Source: Candidatus Methanoperedenaceae archaeon GB37
GTDB taxonomy: Archaea; Halobacteriota; Methanosarcinia; Methanosarcinales; EX4572-44
Direction of reading: 5' to 3'
Length of the DNA stretch: 64,000 nucleotides
Assembly (NCBI GenBank): GCA_905171695.1
Contig: LR991653.1
Span: forward strand, 1,550,625-1,614,624
The notes beneath the pieces are model-generated. The model saw only the letters and a list, made by a program, of their open reading frames with translations. It was not told the origin of the DNA and made no database searches. Each line of letters opens with the position of its first letter. Within the stretch, counting starts at the first letter, position 1. The translations under genes were made by a program, and so were the position numbers. This document shows, piece by piece, positions 52,500-62,821 of this stretch.

Positions 52500-52850
52500 A
52501 TCCTATTTCCTCCATATCTTTCTGGAGTATTTATGCCATCGCACCCTCCGCCGGTGCTCACGCAATACTGGGATGGAAGAGCGGATGTATGTGATCTGGA
52601 ACAGGGTATTCCGAAAGATGGAACAGGTATGAAAAGGCTTTACATCCAGTCCCACCATGATATACGCTCTAAGAATGCGAAAGATTGCTTGATTGAAAAT
52701 GGCGATTTTGTTCACATCAAAACCAGGCGTGGGGTTGTTGGCATGTCGTCATGGCGTGTGAAGAGCGAATCTGCGTGACAAAAAGGATATGCAACCAAAA
52801 GCCTTAAAGGAGTCAAATTCGTATGGCTTTCAGGAGGAGGTCTTTTAGAT

Positions 52851-53438
52851 ATGAAGCAGACGATTGAAAATTTAACGAAGGCATTCATCGGTGAGAGTCA
52901 GGCTCGAAACAGGTACACTTTCTATGCCAAGATTGCAAAGAATGAGGGGTTTGTGCAGATCTCAGAACTCTTTCTTGTAACCGCAGAGAACGAGAAGGAG
53001 CATGCAAGCCAGTTGTTCAAGTTGATTAGCGAGCTGAAGAAAGAGATGAAAGAAGAGTCCCTTGACGAGATAACGGTTGAGGCAGCAGCTCCCACGACGC
53101 TTGGCACAACTGCCGAGAATCTTAAATCCGCGATTGCAGGTGAACACTATGAAACAACCGAGATGTACCCGGAGTTTGCTAAGGTGGCAGACGAGGAAGG
53201 TCTTAAGGAGATAGGGGCAAGGCTCAGAGCGATTGCAAAGGCTGAAGCACACCATGAAGAGCGGTACAGAAAACTCCTGAAAGAGGTTGAGGCAGGAACC
53301 GTCTTCAAGAAGGAGAGAGAGGTGGAGTGGGTATGTCTCGAATGCGGATATGTCCATTACGGGAGAGAACCCCCGGAAAAATGCCCGTCATGCAACCACG
53401 ACCGCGGTTACTTCATGGTAAGATGCGAGGAGTATTGA
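52851..53438 (+). CDS. rbr: Rubrerythrin
   Basis: [29 protein letters not shown]...CPSC. Confidence 0.95.
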   Translation: MKQTIENLTKAFIGESQARNRYTFYAKIAKNEGFVQISELFLVTAENEKEHASQLFKLISELKKEMKEESLDEITVEAAAPTTLGTTAENLKSAIAGEHYETTEMYPEFAKVADEEGLKEIGARLRAIAKAEAHHEERYRKLLKEVEAGTVFKKEREVEWVCLECGYVHYGREPPEKCPSCNHDRGYFMVRCEEY

Positions 53439-53489
53439 GATTTGATATGTAACAAAGCTTAAAATGATAAGAGGATTATATGGGTTCGG

Positions 53490-54461
53490 ATGCCTGCCAC
53501 CACGAGAGATCCGCATCTTCAGCGAAAACTCGTCGAGATCCTGCGCATAATTAAAGAGAGCAAGAGTGCAATCGGAGCTAGGCTGATAGCCGATCGCTTA
53601 AACGAGCGAGGATACCAGATCGGAGAGCGAGGTGTGAGGTATCATCTTCGAGTACTCGATGAGCGTGGGTTTACCAGGAAGCAGGGCTACGAGGGTAGAG
53701 TATTAACTCTTTCAGGTTTAAAAGAGCTCGAACGTGCCCTCGTCTCAGACCGGCTCGGGTTCGTGATAATCACGATTGAAAAGATGATGTACAACACAAC
53801 ATTCGATCAAAGTACCAGAAAAGGCAATATCGTGGTCAACACTTCCATAATAGACCTCGACCACTTTGATCCTGTTATGGACATAATCGAAGAGGTGAAC
53901 AGAAGCGGTTACACGGTCAGTCCATACATCGGACTGATCGAGGAGAGCACCCCTGAGGTCAGAATCCCGGCGGGTAAGATCGGGATTGCAACGATATGCA
54001 GTATCACGATCGATGGAATACTTTTAAAGAACGGAATTCCAGTGAACACCAAGTACGGTGGGTTAATCGAGATAAAAAATAGAAAACCACATAAATTCAC
54101 AGATTTAATCGCATATCGAGCCACAACCATCGATCCAATGAAGATATTCCTATCCAGAAAGATGACGTCCATAACCACTGCGATCAGAGATGGGAACGGG
54201 AAAGTCCTTGCAAGCATCCGTGAAATACCGCTCTCGGCAGAAAAAGACGTGGAAGAGATACTGAAAACCGTAGAAAAAGCAGGGATTGGTGGATTAATAG
54301 AGAGCAATGAGGAAATACTCCTGCAAACCACGCCCAACAGAGCAATTATACCGATCTACGCAGGTATCAACGCAGTCGGAGCGGTGAAGGAGGAGGGAAT
54401 ACCTATCATCAACCACCCGGTCTCACAGCTCATGAAGTTCGAGGATATGAAACGGATATAA
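53490..54461 (+). CDS. nrpR: NrpR-family nitrogen regulator (wHTH plus a single NRD/DUF128 domain, NrpRI-like)
   Basis: EILRI...GARLIA..L..RGY.IGERGVRYHL, ATICSITIDG, TIDP. Confidence 0.85.
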   Translation: MPATTRDPHLQRKLVEILRIIKESKSAIGARLIADRLNERGYQIGERGVRYHLRVLDERGFTRKQGYEGRVLTLSGLKELERALVSDRLGFVIITIEKMMYNTTFDQSTRKGNIVVNTSIIDLDHFDPVMDIIEEVNRSGYTVSPYIGLIEESTPEVRIPAGKIGIATICSITIDGILLKNGIPVNTKYGGLIEIKNRKPHKFTDLIAYRATTIDPMKIFLSRKMTSITTAIRDGNGKVLASIREIPLSAEKDVEEILKTVEKAGIGGLIESNEEILLQTTPNRAIIPIYAGINAVGAVKEEGIPIINHPVSQLMKFEDMKRI

Positions 54462-54511
54462 CAAGACCGAGTCGATATCCGAATCGATATGGATCTGGGT
54501 GGATCTGGGTC

Positions 54512-55612
54512 TCAGGCACCTTTCAGTATCTTGAGCGGTAGTGTTGCTGCTGTGAAGAGGAGTATACCGTTTGCTATGATTATGGACTCTTCGCTTGTTA
54601 TGGATAGTGCTATTCCGCTGAGGATTGGTAGTGCTGCAAGCCCGGTGTATGTGCAGGTGTTGAAGATGCCCATCGTGGTTCCACGTTCTGTGGTGAGGTT
54701 TGCAACTCCGCTCACAAGTCCCAGCAGCCCGAGTCCTGTGCCTGCGCCGATCAATGCAAATCCTATCGGGTGAAGTATGGTTATGAGTGCTCCGATCCCT
54801 GCCATCAGTATACCTCTTCTCGCGACTCTCTCGTGTTCTATCTTCAGGTGTCCTCCGATTATCGAGGTTATCATTGCACCTATGTAGAGAGTTGATAGGT
54901 AGATTCCGAGTTCGTTCTTTCCGATCTCTTCTGCTGCGTACTCTGGATAGATTGAGATGATCGCACCTGTAGCTCCAAAGAGTATAAAGGCGGTGACCCA
55001 CACACTTGGAAGTCCTGGTCTTGTGAGGAGTTCGATCGTTCTCCTCACTTCTCCTCGTGGCCTCTTCTCTGCGCTGTCTCTCTTCTCTCGTTCTTCCGGG
55101 AGCTTCCATGTGAGCAGCAGGGGTATTATGGAGATGACCGTGAATACTACGATCCCGTTCTTTATGCTCGTCTCTGCAGAGATGCCTGCCACAAAGACGC
55201 CTCCTCCAAGCCCGAGGTTCAGGAGGAAGTTCAGTTCTCCTATGTACTGCTCCTTCTTTTCAAACTCTGCGAGGATTGCGAAGGCAGCCGGGAAGAACGC
55301 GGCCGCTCCAAATCCTTCTGTGAACCGTGCGAGAAGTATCATCCAGAGGTTATTCGATAGTGTGAGGATGATGCCTGCTGTGAGCGTGAGGACTGCAGCT
55401 GTGCGGATGAGCGTGTTGTTACCGCAGCGGTCTGCAAGGATCCCTGACGGGAGCATGGCGATGAGTGCACCTGTGAAGTAGGCTGAGAAGATCAGACTTG
55501 CTGCAATGCTCTCACCCCTTGAGAGTTCCGGGAGTATCGGGATTGCCGCGTTTGAGAGCGCCATTATGGCGAAGACGAGTGTGTAAAGAGAGAGTCTCTG
55601 GAGCAAAACCAC
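54512..55612 (-). CDS. MFS transporter
   Basis: About 12 hydrophobic segments; GILADRCG motif A; ARFTEGFG. Confidence 0.85.
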   Translation of the reverse strand: MVLLQRLSLYTLVFAIMALSNAAIPILPELSRGESIAASLIFSAYFTGALIAMLPSGILADRCGNNTLIRTAAVLTLTAGIILTLSNNLWMILLARFTEGFGAAAFFPAAFAILAEFEKKEQYIGELNFLLNLGLGGGVFVAGISAETSIKNGIVVFTVISIIPLLLTWKLPEEREKRDSAEKRPRGEVRRTIELLTRPGLPSVWVTAFILFGATGAIISIYPEYAAEEIGKNELGIYLSTLYIGAMITSIIGGHLKIEHERVARRGILMAGIGALITILHPIGFALIGAGTGLGLLGLVSGVANLTTERGTTMGIFNTCTYTGLAALPILSGIALSITSEESIIIANGILLFTAATLPLKILKGA

Positions 55613-55615
55613 TAC

Positions 55616-56404
55616 TCACTCTATGTATCTCTTAAGTTTATCTTTCTCGACTCTCGCTGTTGCATCAAGAGAGAGCGGCGTTACTGAGATGTGCTCGGAG
55701 TTGAAGACCGCATTGATATCGGTTCCAGCTTCATCATCCACGATCAAATCCCCGTTTATCCAGTAGTATGGTCGTCCCCTCGGATCATGGCGCTCCTCAA
55801 CACCCGTTCGGAATATCTTGCGTGAGAGCCGTGTAATCTCGATCGGAGTTTCCATCGTCGCATGACGCGGCAGGTTGATATTCAGGAGATCCACACCATC
55901 TGGAAGCCCATACGCTAGCACACGTTTCGCTATCCTCCTCAGTATCTTTATCCCCTCATCAAAGTCATAGTGGTAGCTTCGCAGATCATCGAACTTCTCC
56001 CCTTCATCCAGAACCTGAATCGAGATCGCGATCGCAGGCACACCATAGCTTGCAGCCTCAAGAGCCGCTCCGATCGTGCCAGAGGTCGTGAGCGCGTCAG
56101 TACTGATATTCTCGCCAACATTGAATCCCGAGACTACGAGGTCTGGCATCGTCTTCATTATAGAGAATATTCCGATTATCACAGCATCGGTTGGAGTGCC
56201 ACCGACAGCATACGCTTCAAAGCCATCCATCACCGTGTGTGATACCCGCAAGGGCTCGAATATCGATATTGACCTGCCAACACCACTCATCTGCTTGGCA
56301 GGTGCAACAACCGTGAGATCTCCTAACCCAGAGACTGCCTCAGACGCAGCCCTGAGCCCGACAGCGTACACACCATCATCATTGGTAACGAGAATCCTGG
56401 GCAT
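55616..56404 (-). CDS. surE: 5'/3'-nucleotidase SurE
   Basis: ILVTNDDG, SGVG, GTPTD, SGFNVGEN, SGTIGAA. Confidence 0.95.
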   Translation of the reverse strand: MPRILVTNDDGVYAVGLRAASEAVSGLGDLTVVAPAKQMSGVGRSISIFEPLRVSHTVMDGFEAYAVGGTPTDAVIIGIFSIMKTMPDLVVSGFNVGENISTDALTTSGTIGAALEAASYGVPAIAISIQVLDEGEKFDDLRSYHYDFDEGIKILRRIAKRVLAYGLPDGVDLLNINLPRHATMETPIEITRLSRKIFRTGVEERHDPRGRPYYWINGDLIVDDEAGTDINAVFNSEHISVTPLSLDATARVEKDKLKRYIE

Positions 56405-56506
56405 CGTCACAAGGAGAGTAGTCCTCCAATGGATAAAAGCTTGCCCATCTTCTCTCACCCTCTCTATGGAAAGGCTTAACAGTCTCTCGGTTCATCATCT
56501 CTCTTT

Positions 56507-57289
56507 ATGTGCGGTGTTGTTGGGATTATGCGTCCATCGCGTTATGCTCGTGAGTCGCTTCTCTTTGCAGAGTCTATCGGGCTTGATGCACTCTTGGTTC
56601 CGATGATAGAGGTAGAGGAGTATCTGGACGAGGGTTTTGAGGGTTTTCTTGGGCGGGTCTTCAGGGGGGACTCGGATTATGTGATCTTCACCAGTGTGAA
56701 TGGTGTTGAGTTCACCTTGAAGAGAGTAGGTGATGGGATGGAGTTTGTCAGGGCTTTGAATGATCACTCTATGGTTGCAGCGATTGGTCCACGCACGGCA
56801 GAGGCACTTGAGAGGGTAGGGGTTCGCGTCGCTCTGCTCCCGAAGGTCTACAGTTCGAGTGGGCTGCTTGATCTCTTTGAGAGGAGGGTTTCTGGTGGGT
56901 GTGTGGAGATTCTTCGGAGCACGCACGGTGCGCCCATGCTTGTGGACGAGCTTCTCGCGCGTGGTGCAGAGGTTCATGAGACCTGTGTCTACACGCTCAC
57001 ACGTCCGGTAGGTGAGGAGCAGTACGGTCTTCTCAAGAAGGTGCTTGAGGGTGGTGTGGACGGGCTTGCATTCACAAGCACCATGATGGTCCACAACTTC
57101 ATGAAGACCGCTCTTGAGATCGGGATCCTTGATGGGGTTGTGGAACGGATGGGTGAGATATCGGTTGGTGCGATCGGTACTCCAACGGCGAGGACACTTG
57201 AGGGCTATGGTGTGAAGGGGATAATAGTTCCTGAGAGGTCTCTCTTCAAGGATCTTCTGATGGCACTTAAAGAGAGCATCTCTCGATGA
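56507..57289 (+). CDS. hemD: Uroporphyrinogen-III synthase
   Basis: IFTSVNGV, AIGPRTA..L, FTS, AIG.PTA..L. Confidence 0.9.
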   Translation: MCGVVGIMRPSRYARESLLFAESIGLDALLVPMIEVEEYLDEGFEGFLGRVFRGDSDYVIFTSVNGVEFTLKRVGDGMEFVRALNDHSMVAAIGPRTAEALERVGVRVALLPKVYSSSGLLDLFERRVSGGCVEILRSTHGAPMLVDELLARGAEVHETCVYTLTRPVGEEQYGLLKKVLEGGVDGLAFTSTMMVHNFMKTALEIGILDGVVERMGEISVGAIGTPTARTLEGYGVKGIIVPERSLFKDLLMALKESISR

Positions 57290-57302
57290 AGAAGGAGAGT
57301 TG

Positions 57303-59210
57303 TCATAGCTCTATCACTTCTCCGCTTCTCTTGTATGTGGTTATCCCTTCTGGCAGTCTCTTTTTGAGCTTTCTTGATTTCAGGGTTTGGATGATCGAGT
57401 CTGCCTGTGGGGTGTTGATGAACTTCTTTGTTGTGAGGAGGTCGTACTCTTCATCCGCTACTTTGATGAATCGGAGGTTGTTCTTGATCGCTGCTGGTCT
57501 TATCCCGATTCCTGCATCTGCCCTACCGAGTTTCACCGCTGATGCAACGGCGCTGTGGGTCTTTGCCTGGGTGTGGTAGCCTTTTATCTCTCTTCTTATC
57601 TCTTCTGGTTCTCTTCCGTCTTCGAGTGCTATCTTCTTTATCAGGAGGTCGAGGAGTAGGCGGGTGCCTGAGCCGTTGTTTCGGTTCATTATGGTTCTTC
57701 CAATGAGGTCTCTTACGCCTCTAATTCCTTCATCCTTTGTGATTATTCCCTGTTCGCGCAGGTATCCTTTGATCAATACTGCGTCTTTTATTCGGTATCG
57801 TCTGATCTCTCCTTCGTTGTAGTTTCCGTCGTGGTCGAGGAGGTGCGTGCCTGCAATGTCGGCGTGATTGTTTCTGATGGCTATGATGCCGCCTGTGGAT
57901 CCTGTGTTTATGATGCGCATGGTGTAGGGTATCAGGTCCTCAACGACGTCGAGTCCTGGGCAGTGGCTGCCGATGAAGAGAATGTCTGGTGTTTTGATCT
58001 GCGAGAAGAGTTGTACTTCCACGCTCGTTCCAGCCTCGATAATCTCGGTCGTGGATGGTATGTGGATGAAACCGTCTGCGTGGGCGAGGCTTGTGATCGC
58101 ACCTGATCCTTTGTCTGCCAGATAAGCGTTCTCTCGTGCGATTATCACTGGGAGGAGTTCTTCTCTCCCGCTTGTTTGAATCGTCGTTGCGAGTCGAGCT
58201 CTTGTCGTATTCTGGGCTCTGGTCTCTGCGAGGCTTCTCTGGATTGTCTCTGCGATGAAGTGGTTGAAGATTGTGAGGGCTGATGTTGGATATCCTGGAA
58301 GCCCGATTATCGGTGTTTCGTTGATGATTCCGAGCATTGCGGGTTTCCCTGGTCTTATGTTTATCCCGTGGAAGATGAGTTCTCCTTCATCTGCTATTAT
58401 CTGGTAGATGATGTCACCGCTTCCTGCCGAGGTGCTTCCTGATGTGAGCACGAGATCGCACTCATCTGCCGCCTCTCTGATGGCTTCTCTCATAATCTCG
58501 TGGTTGTCAGGTATGATCGGGTAGACCCGTGGTGTTGCGCCGCACTCCAAGAGGGCTGCTCTGATGGTGTAGGTGTTGGTGTCATATATATGTGCCTCTG
58601 GGAGTGTTTCTCCTGGTGGTGTGAGCTCGTCTCCTGTTGAGATCAGACCCGCGACCAGACTCTTTACCATGACCTCTCTCTTTCCGATCGCTGCAAGCAC
58701 ACCGATCTCGCGTGGCGTAAGCCGTGTACCGGCTCGCAATACTCGCTCTCCCACCATCATGTCTGTTCCTGCATGCATCGTGTTCTCGTTGACTGCAACG
58801 GGTCTTTTGATCGCTACAAACCCGTCCTCGATAGCCTCCTCTGTATCCTCGACCATCACAACAGCGTCTGCGCCTCTCGGCATTGGAGCCCCTGTTCCAA
58901 CCTCGATTGCCTCTCCCTTCCTGATCTCTCTCTTGGATACTCTGCCGGGGTGTATGGCATCGATCACACGGAGTTTCACAGGGATGTCTTCGCGTGCTCG
59001 GTAGGTCTCTTCTGCCTTGAGAGCGTATCCGTCCACGCTTGCACGGTCGAATGGCGGGACGTCTATCATGGTTGTGATATCCTCTGCAAGGACTCTTCCA
59101 CTGGCTTCTTCAAGTGGGACTCTCGTGGTTCTCGTCTTGAGCTGGATTTTTGATAGTATCTCTCTTGCCTCTCTCGCACTTATGAGTCCTCTGAACTCTT
59201 TTCTCATCAC
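57303..59210 (-). CDS. moeA: Molybdopterin molybdotransferase MoeA with a C-terminal PBP domain
   Basis: PPFDRASVDGYA, STGDEL, SGSTSAG, LPGYP; GSH, NRN.GSGTR, H.AVA..V..G.AD.G.G. Confidence 0.92.
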   Translation of the reverse strand: MMRKEFRGLISAREAREILSKIQLKTRTTRVPLEEASGRVLAEDITTMIDVPPFDRASVDGYALKAEETYRAREDIPVKLRVIDAIHPGRVSKREIRKGEAIEVGTGAPMPRGADAVVMVEDTEEAIEDGFVAIKRPVAVNENTMHAGTDMMVGERVLRAGTRLTPREIGVLAAIGKREVMVKSLVAGLISTGDELTPPGETLPEAHIYDTNTYTIRAALLECGATPRVYPIIPDNHEIMREAIREAADECDLVLTSGSTSAGSGDIIYQIIADEGELIFHGINIRPGKPAMLGIINETPIIGLPGYPTSALTIFNHFIAETIQRSLAETRAQNTTRARLATTIQTSGREELLPVIIARENAYLADKGSGAITSLAHADGFIHIPSTTEIIEAGTSVEVQLFSQIKTPDILFIGSHCPGLDVVEDLIPYTMRIINTGSTGGIIAIRNNHADIAGTHLLDHDGNYNEGEIRRYRIKDAVLIKGYLREQGIITKDEGIRGVRDLIGRTIMNRNNGSGTRLLLDLLIKKIALEDGREPEEIRREIKGYHTQAKTHSAVASAVKLGRADAGIGIRPAAIKNNLRFIKVADEEYDLLTTKKFINTPQADSIIQTLKSRKLKKRLPEGITTYKRSGEVIEL

Positions 59211-59278
59211 TCGATCCTCTCAACGGTCGATGGTTTATCCTTTTAGGAAGAGTTCTTCTGGTTAAAAAGCTTCTCTTT

Positions 59279-59734
59279 TTATCGTTGTTTGTAGGGTGAG
59301 GTCAGTCTGGTGAGTGTTGGTTCAAGTGTTGTTCTGATTCTATGGATGAATGTTGGTTTTCGTGCGCTCTGCGGTCTATCCACTGCTGTGAGGATGGGTT
59401 TTAGGCTTACTTTGTGTGTCCTTCTGGTATTCTCTTCTCGATCTTTTTGTGTTGTTATCTTCCCTACTTTTACTTTTTTCCCACTCTGTTTGATGGTTTT
59501 TTTACCAATGCCTCTTGTTATGTCGTGTTGTTTTCTGTATGCTCCTTCGCTTTTGCCTTTTTCATAACATTCTTTGATGATCTTGAGTGCTATTCCGAGT
59601 TTCTCTCCCTCTGTTTGTATCCTTCTATATTCTCGATGTACCCATCCAACCTCTGAATGGCTGAAGTACCCTACCTCCTGACCGAGTTTGTACACCTTTT
59701 CGAGTAGTTTCTTCTTCCCATCTCTGGATGACAT
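59279..59734 (-). CDS. Basic hypothetical protein downstream of a KaiC-like ATPase
   Basis: 151-aa Lys-rich ORF, co-oriented. Confidence 0.65.
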   Translation of the reverse strand: MSSRDGKKKLLEKVYKLGQEVGYFSHSEVGWVHREYRRIQTEGEKLGIALKIIKECYEKGKSEGAYRKQHDITRGIGKKTIKQSGKKVKVGKITTQKDREENTRRTHKVSLKPILTAVDRPQSARKPTFIHRIRTTLEPTLTRLTSPYKQR

Positions 59735-59760
59735 GGCACATTTATAATATTTTTATAATA

Positions 59761-60525
59761 TTACATCTTGTTCAGTACACTCAAGCCTGCGTCGCCGAAC
59801 TCGATTCGTCGCATGTCGCAGTCATGTTTGGTGCCACGCATCTTTATCACCTGGATTGCACGCTTCATCGTGTTCGACTCTTCATCAAGGAAGTTGTGCA
59901 GGAATATTACACCGTTTGAGACGAACTGTTCCACTGTGTAGGAGTGTGGGTTTGTCATCTCTGAGAGGATGATGGTTGTGCATCCCAGGTTTTTGATGTT
60001 TCGTATGAAGTGGGTTATCGATTTCTCTTCTGCTGCGGGGTGTTCTGCTGTGAAGCGGATGGATGAGAGAGAGTCGATGACGAGCCGTTTTGCCTTGTAC
60101 TTCGTCACGTACTTGTGGATCTCTTTGAAGACCGATGCTGGTGTCGGCGGCTCTGGCTCAGAGCTTAACTCTATTTGCGCCTGATAATCTGTTGTGATTA
60201 TATTCTGCCCACTCTCGAGGTAGTTGTATGCCATTGTTGGGCCAAGATCGACGAACTGCAGCTTTTCGAGCTTCATAAGCCCGAAGATGTTGAAGGAGTA
60301 GTTTGACATGTCGTCCATGATCGTCTCTGCAGGCTCGCTCAGTGTGATGTATAGCCCTGGTTCGCCCTTTATGCCACCGTGTGCCAGGAACTGAACCCCG
60401 AAGGTGGTCTTGCCAGATCCTGGCGGTCCTGATACCAGATAGACGCGTCCAGGGAGAAAACCCCCTTGGATCAATCCATCGAAGCCGTGAATCCCGGTTG
60501 TCACTCTCTTCCTCTGTTCCACCAT
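59761..60525 (-). CDS. KaiC/RAD55-like ATPase
   Basis: TTGIHGFD..IQGG, GPPGSGKT, LVIDS, IKMRGT.HD. Confidence 0.92.
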   Translation of the reverse strand: MVEQRKRVTTGIHGFDGLIQGGFLPGRVYLVSGPPGSGKTTFGVQFLAHGGIKGEPGLYITLSEPAETIMDDMSNYSFNIFGLMKLEKLQFVDLGPTMAYNYLESGQNIITTDYQAQIELSSEPEPPTPASVFKEIHKYVTKYKAKRLVIDSLSSIRFTAEHPAAEEKSITHFIRNIKNLGCTTIILSEMTNPHSYTVEQFVSNGVIFLHNFLDEESNTMKRAIQVIKMRGTKHDCDMRRIEFGDAGLSVLNKM

Positions 60526-60562
60526 ACCAAATCCATCATTACTATTATCACCACATAGATAT

Positions 60563-61477
60563 TTAAACGTTCCTATCAATCTCACAGATGATCCTTCTCC
60601 CAAGCTCCACACTCACTTCAAGAGACGTCATCAGCGTATCAGCCACAACCACCGGGAGATCGAACTCGTCAGGAGAGACTCCATCCCGCAGATCGACCAC
60701 GAAGAGATCGAGGATATCACCATAATACTCTGCAACACCACGACTCGATACACTATAGCCCTCAGAAGAGAGGAGCTTTCCTGCTGGACCGCTCACAGGC
60801 TCACAACCAACGATCGGACTCACAGCCAGAACAAACCTTTCACGAAGGAGAGACCTGACGCCCCGCAGACTCAGGATCGGACCGATGCTTGTTACAGGAT
60901 TGCTCGGGCCTATAACGACCGAATCGGAAGATCTGATCGCATCCATCACCTCTGCTGTCGGACTGGCATCATCCAGTCCCTTGATCAGAACACCATCGAC
61001 CCGTGGAGTCCCGTGCCTCACAACCCAGAACTCCTGAAAGTGGATGAGACCCGAGTCGGTCGCAATCATGGTGGCGAGAGGGTCGTTACTCATCGGAAGG
61101 ACTCTTGCTCTCACACCCATCCGTGATGCAAGTATCTCTGTAGCCTCGGTCAGGCTCTTACCCTCACGGATCAGGTTGCTTCGCAGCACATGGGTGGCAC
61201 GGTCGATGTCACCGATCATCATCCTCTCATCACAACCGAGCCGCATAAGAGCATCGTGCGTATGATAAGTATCATTCTTAACACCCCACCACCGTTCATC
61301 ATCGATGATCCCGGAGAATAGGTAGAGCAGGGTGTCGATGTCAGGGCAGATTAGATTTCCTGAAACCCATGTATCCTCTGCAGTATTAACGATTACAGTA
61401 ATATCCTCATCAGGTATCAGCTTCCTTACGCCCTGAATGAGCTTCGGAGTCCCGGTACCGCCAGAAAGAAAGAGCAC
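60563..61477 (-). CDS. cofD: 2-phospho-L-lactate transferase (F420 synthesis)
   Basis: LSGGTGTPK, CPDIDT, GDIDRATH, HFQEFWV, GPSNPVTSIGPI. Confidence 0.95.
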   Translation of the reverse strand: MLFLSGGTGTPKLIQGVRKLIPDEDITVIVNTAEDTWVSGNLICPDIDTLLYLFSGIIDDERWWGVKNDTYHTHDALMRLGCDERMMIGDIDRATHVLRSNLIREGKSLTEATEILASRMGVRARVLPMSNDPLATMIATDSGLIHFQEFWVVRHGTPRVDGVLIKGLDDASPTAEVMDAIRSSDSVVIGPSNPVTSIGPILSLRGVRSLLRERFVLAVSPIVGCEPVSGPAGKLLSSEGYSVSSRGVAEYYGDILDLFVVDLRDGVSPDEFDLPVVVADTLMTSLEVSVELGRRIICEIDRNV

Positions 61478-61544
61478 ACTACCCCCTAACTAAAGTTATT
61501 GTGATATGTTGTGCGATTTAAGACTCGCAGGAAAGTTTAAAGAT

Positions 61545-61799
61545 CTATTCAAGGACCGCCCACTGAAGATGCGCAAACCTGTCCCTCTGATCCTCTTCAA
61601 CCTTCTTTGCTTCGTCCTTTATCTTGATATTCTTCTCTTCAAGAGCTTTTTTAAGCTCATCCATCCGCTCATCGTCCATATTCAGATGTATAACACTTCT
61701 ATCGTTTATAACCTTAACCCTGCCTTCATTGATTGTTATCTCTCGCACGCTTGAGATTGTGGTTGAGGCACGTTCACAGAACTGATTGTAATAACTCAA
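61545..61799 (-). CDS. Small hypothetical protein (start uncertain)
   Basis: Charged helical ORF co-oriented with pstA and cofD. Confidence 0.4.
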   Translation of the reverse strand: MSYYNQFCERASTTISSVREITINEGRVKVINDRSVIHLNMDDERMDELKKALEEKNIKIKDEAKKVEEDQRDRFAHLQWAVLE

Positions 61800-61948
61800 T
61801 TCCCGCCCTGATCCTCATCTCTACATCGGTTATGATCTGGTCAAAGACCGGGAGCGCTCTTTCTATCCAGAGCGGTGTAGTGATCACGACAAACCCTAAG
61901 ATAAAGACGATCATTGCGAGAATTGCATGCTTCGACCTCACTTCCTAG

Positions 61949-62821
61949 TCACCACTCCAATCTCCTCTGATATCTGTTGCGCAGGATGATAGCTGTTGCG
62001 TTCATCGTCAAGAGGAACGCCATGAGGACGATGATACCTGCTGCTGCAAGGCTCGCAAACTCTTCCTGCGGTCTTCCCACCCAGCTGAATATCTGGATCG
62101 GGAGGGCTGTGAACGGATCGAGAGGCGTCCGTGGTACGAACGCCACGAAGCTGAGAGCGCCGACCATTATCAGTGGCGCCGTCTCTCCAAGCGCACGCGA
62201 GAGCGCGAGAATGTTCCCTGTGAGAATCCATGGGCGTGCTGCCGGGAGTACCTGATGGCGAATCGTCTGCCAGCGGGTTGCACCAAGCGCATACGATGCC
62301 TCTCTGATCGATTTCGGAACTGCCCTCAACGCTTCCTGGCTTGAGATTATTATTATTGGAAGTATCAGGAGTGCCATTGTGAGAGCACCTGCCAAAAGGC
62401 TTCTGCCGAGAAGGAGAGTCCGAACAAAGAGCGTCAGACCGAGTATGCCGTAGACGATGCTCGGAACACCTGCCAGATTGGATATGTTGATCTCAATGAT
62501 CTTCGTAAGACGGTTTTTCGGAGCATACTCCTCGAGATATATCGCTGCGCCAACACCAATCGGCACCGCAAAAGCGGCTGTTAGAAGTATTAACCAGATC
62601 GAACCAAAGAGCGCTGATTTTATCCCGGCACGCTCTGGAAAGCGCGAGGGAAAACTTGTGAGGAAGTCCCAGCTCAGCCATGGAAGACCTCTCGTGAAGA
62701 CGTCCCAAAGCAGGAGAAAGAGGAGGAGAACACCCACCATCGTCGAGATGAAGCAGACGATCGTGAAGAGCCGATCCTTCAACCACCGCCCATCCTGCAG
62801 CTTCCACGACTCAACTCTCAA
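61949..62821 (-). CDS. pstA: Phosphate ABC permease PstA
   Basis: [37 protein letters not shown]. Confidence 0.95.
   Translation of the reverse strand: MRVESWKLQDGRWLKDRLFTIVCFISTMVGVLLLFLLLWDVFTRGLPWLSWDFLTSFPSRFPERAGIKSALFGSIWLILLTAAFAVPIGVGAAIYLEEYAPKNRLTKIIEINISNLAGVPSIVYGILGLTLFVRTLLLGRSLLAGALTMALLILPIIIISSQEALRAVPKSIREASYALGATRWQTIRHQVLPAARPWILTGNILALSRALGETAPLIMVGALSFVAFVPRTPLDPFTALPIQIFSWVGRPQEEFASLAAAGIIVLMAFLLTMNATAIILRNRYQRRLEW

Noticed and set aside
52598-52612. NrpR operator near nrpR
   Set aside because: The spacing is GGAA-N7-TTCC rather than the N6 consensus, and it is not upstream of a nitrogen gene.
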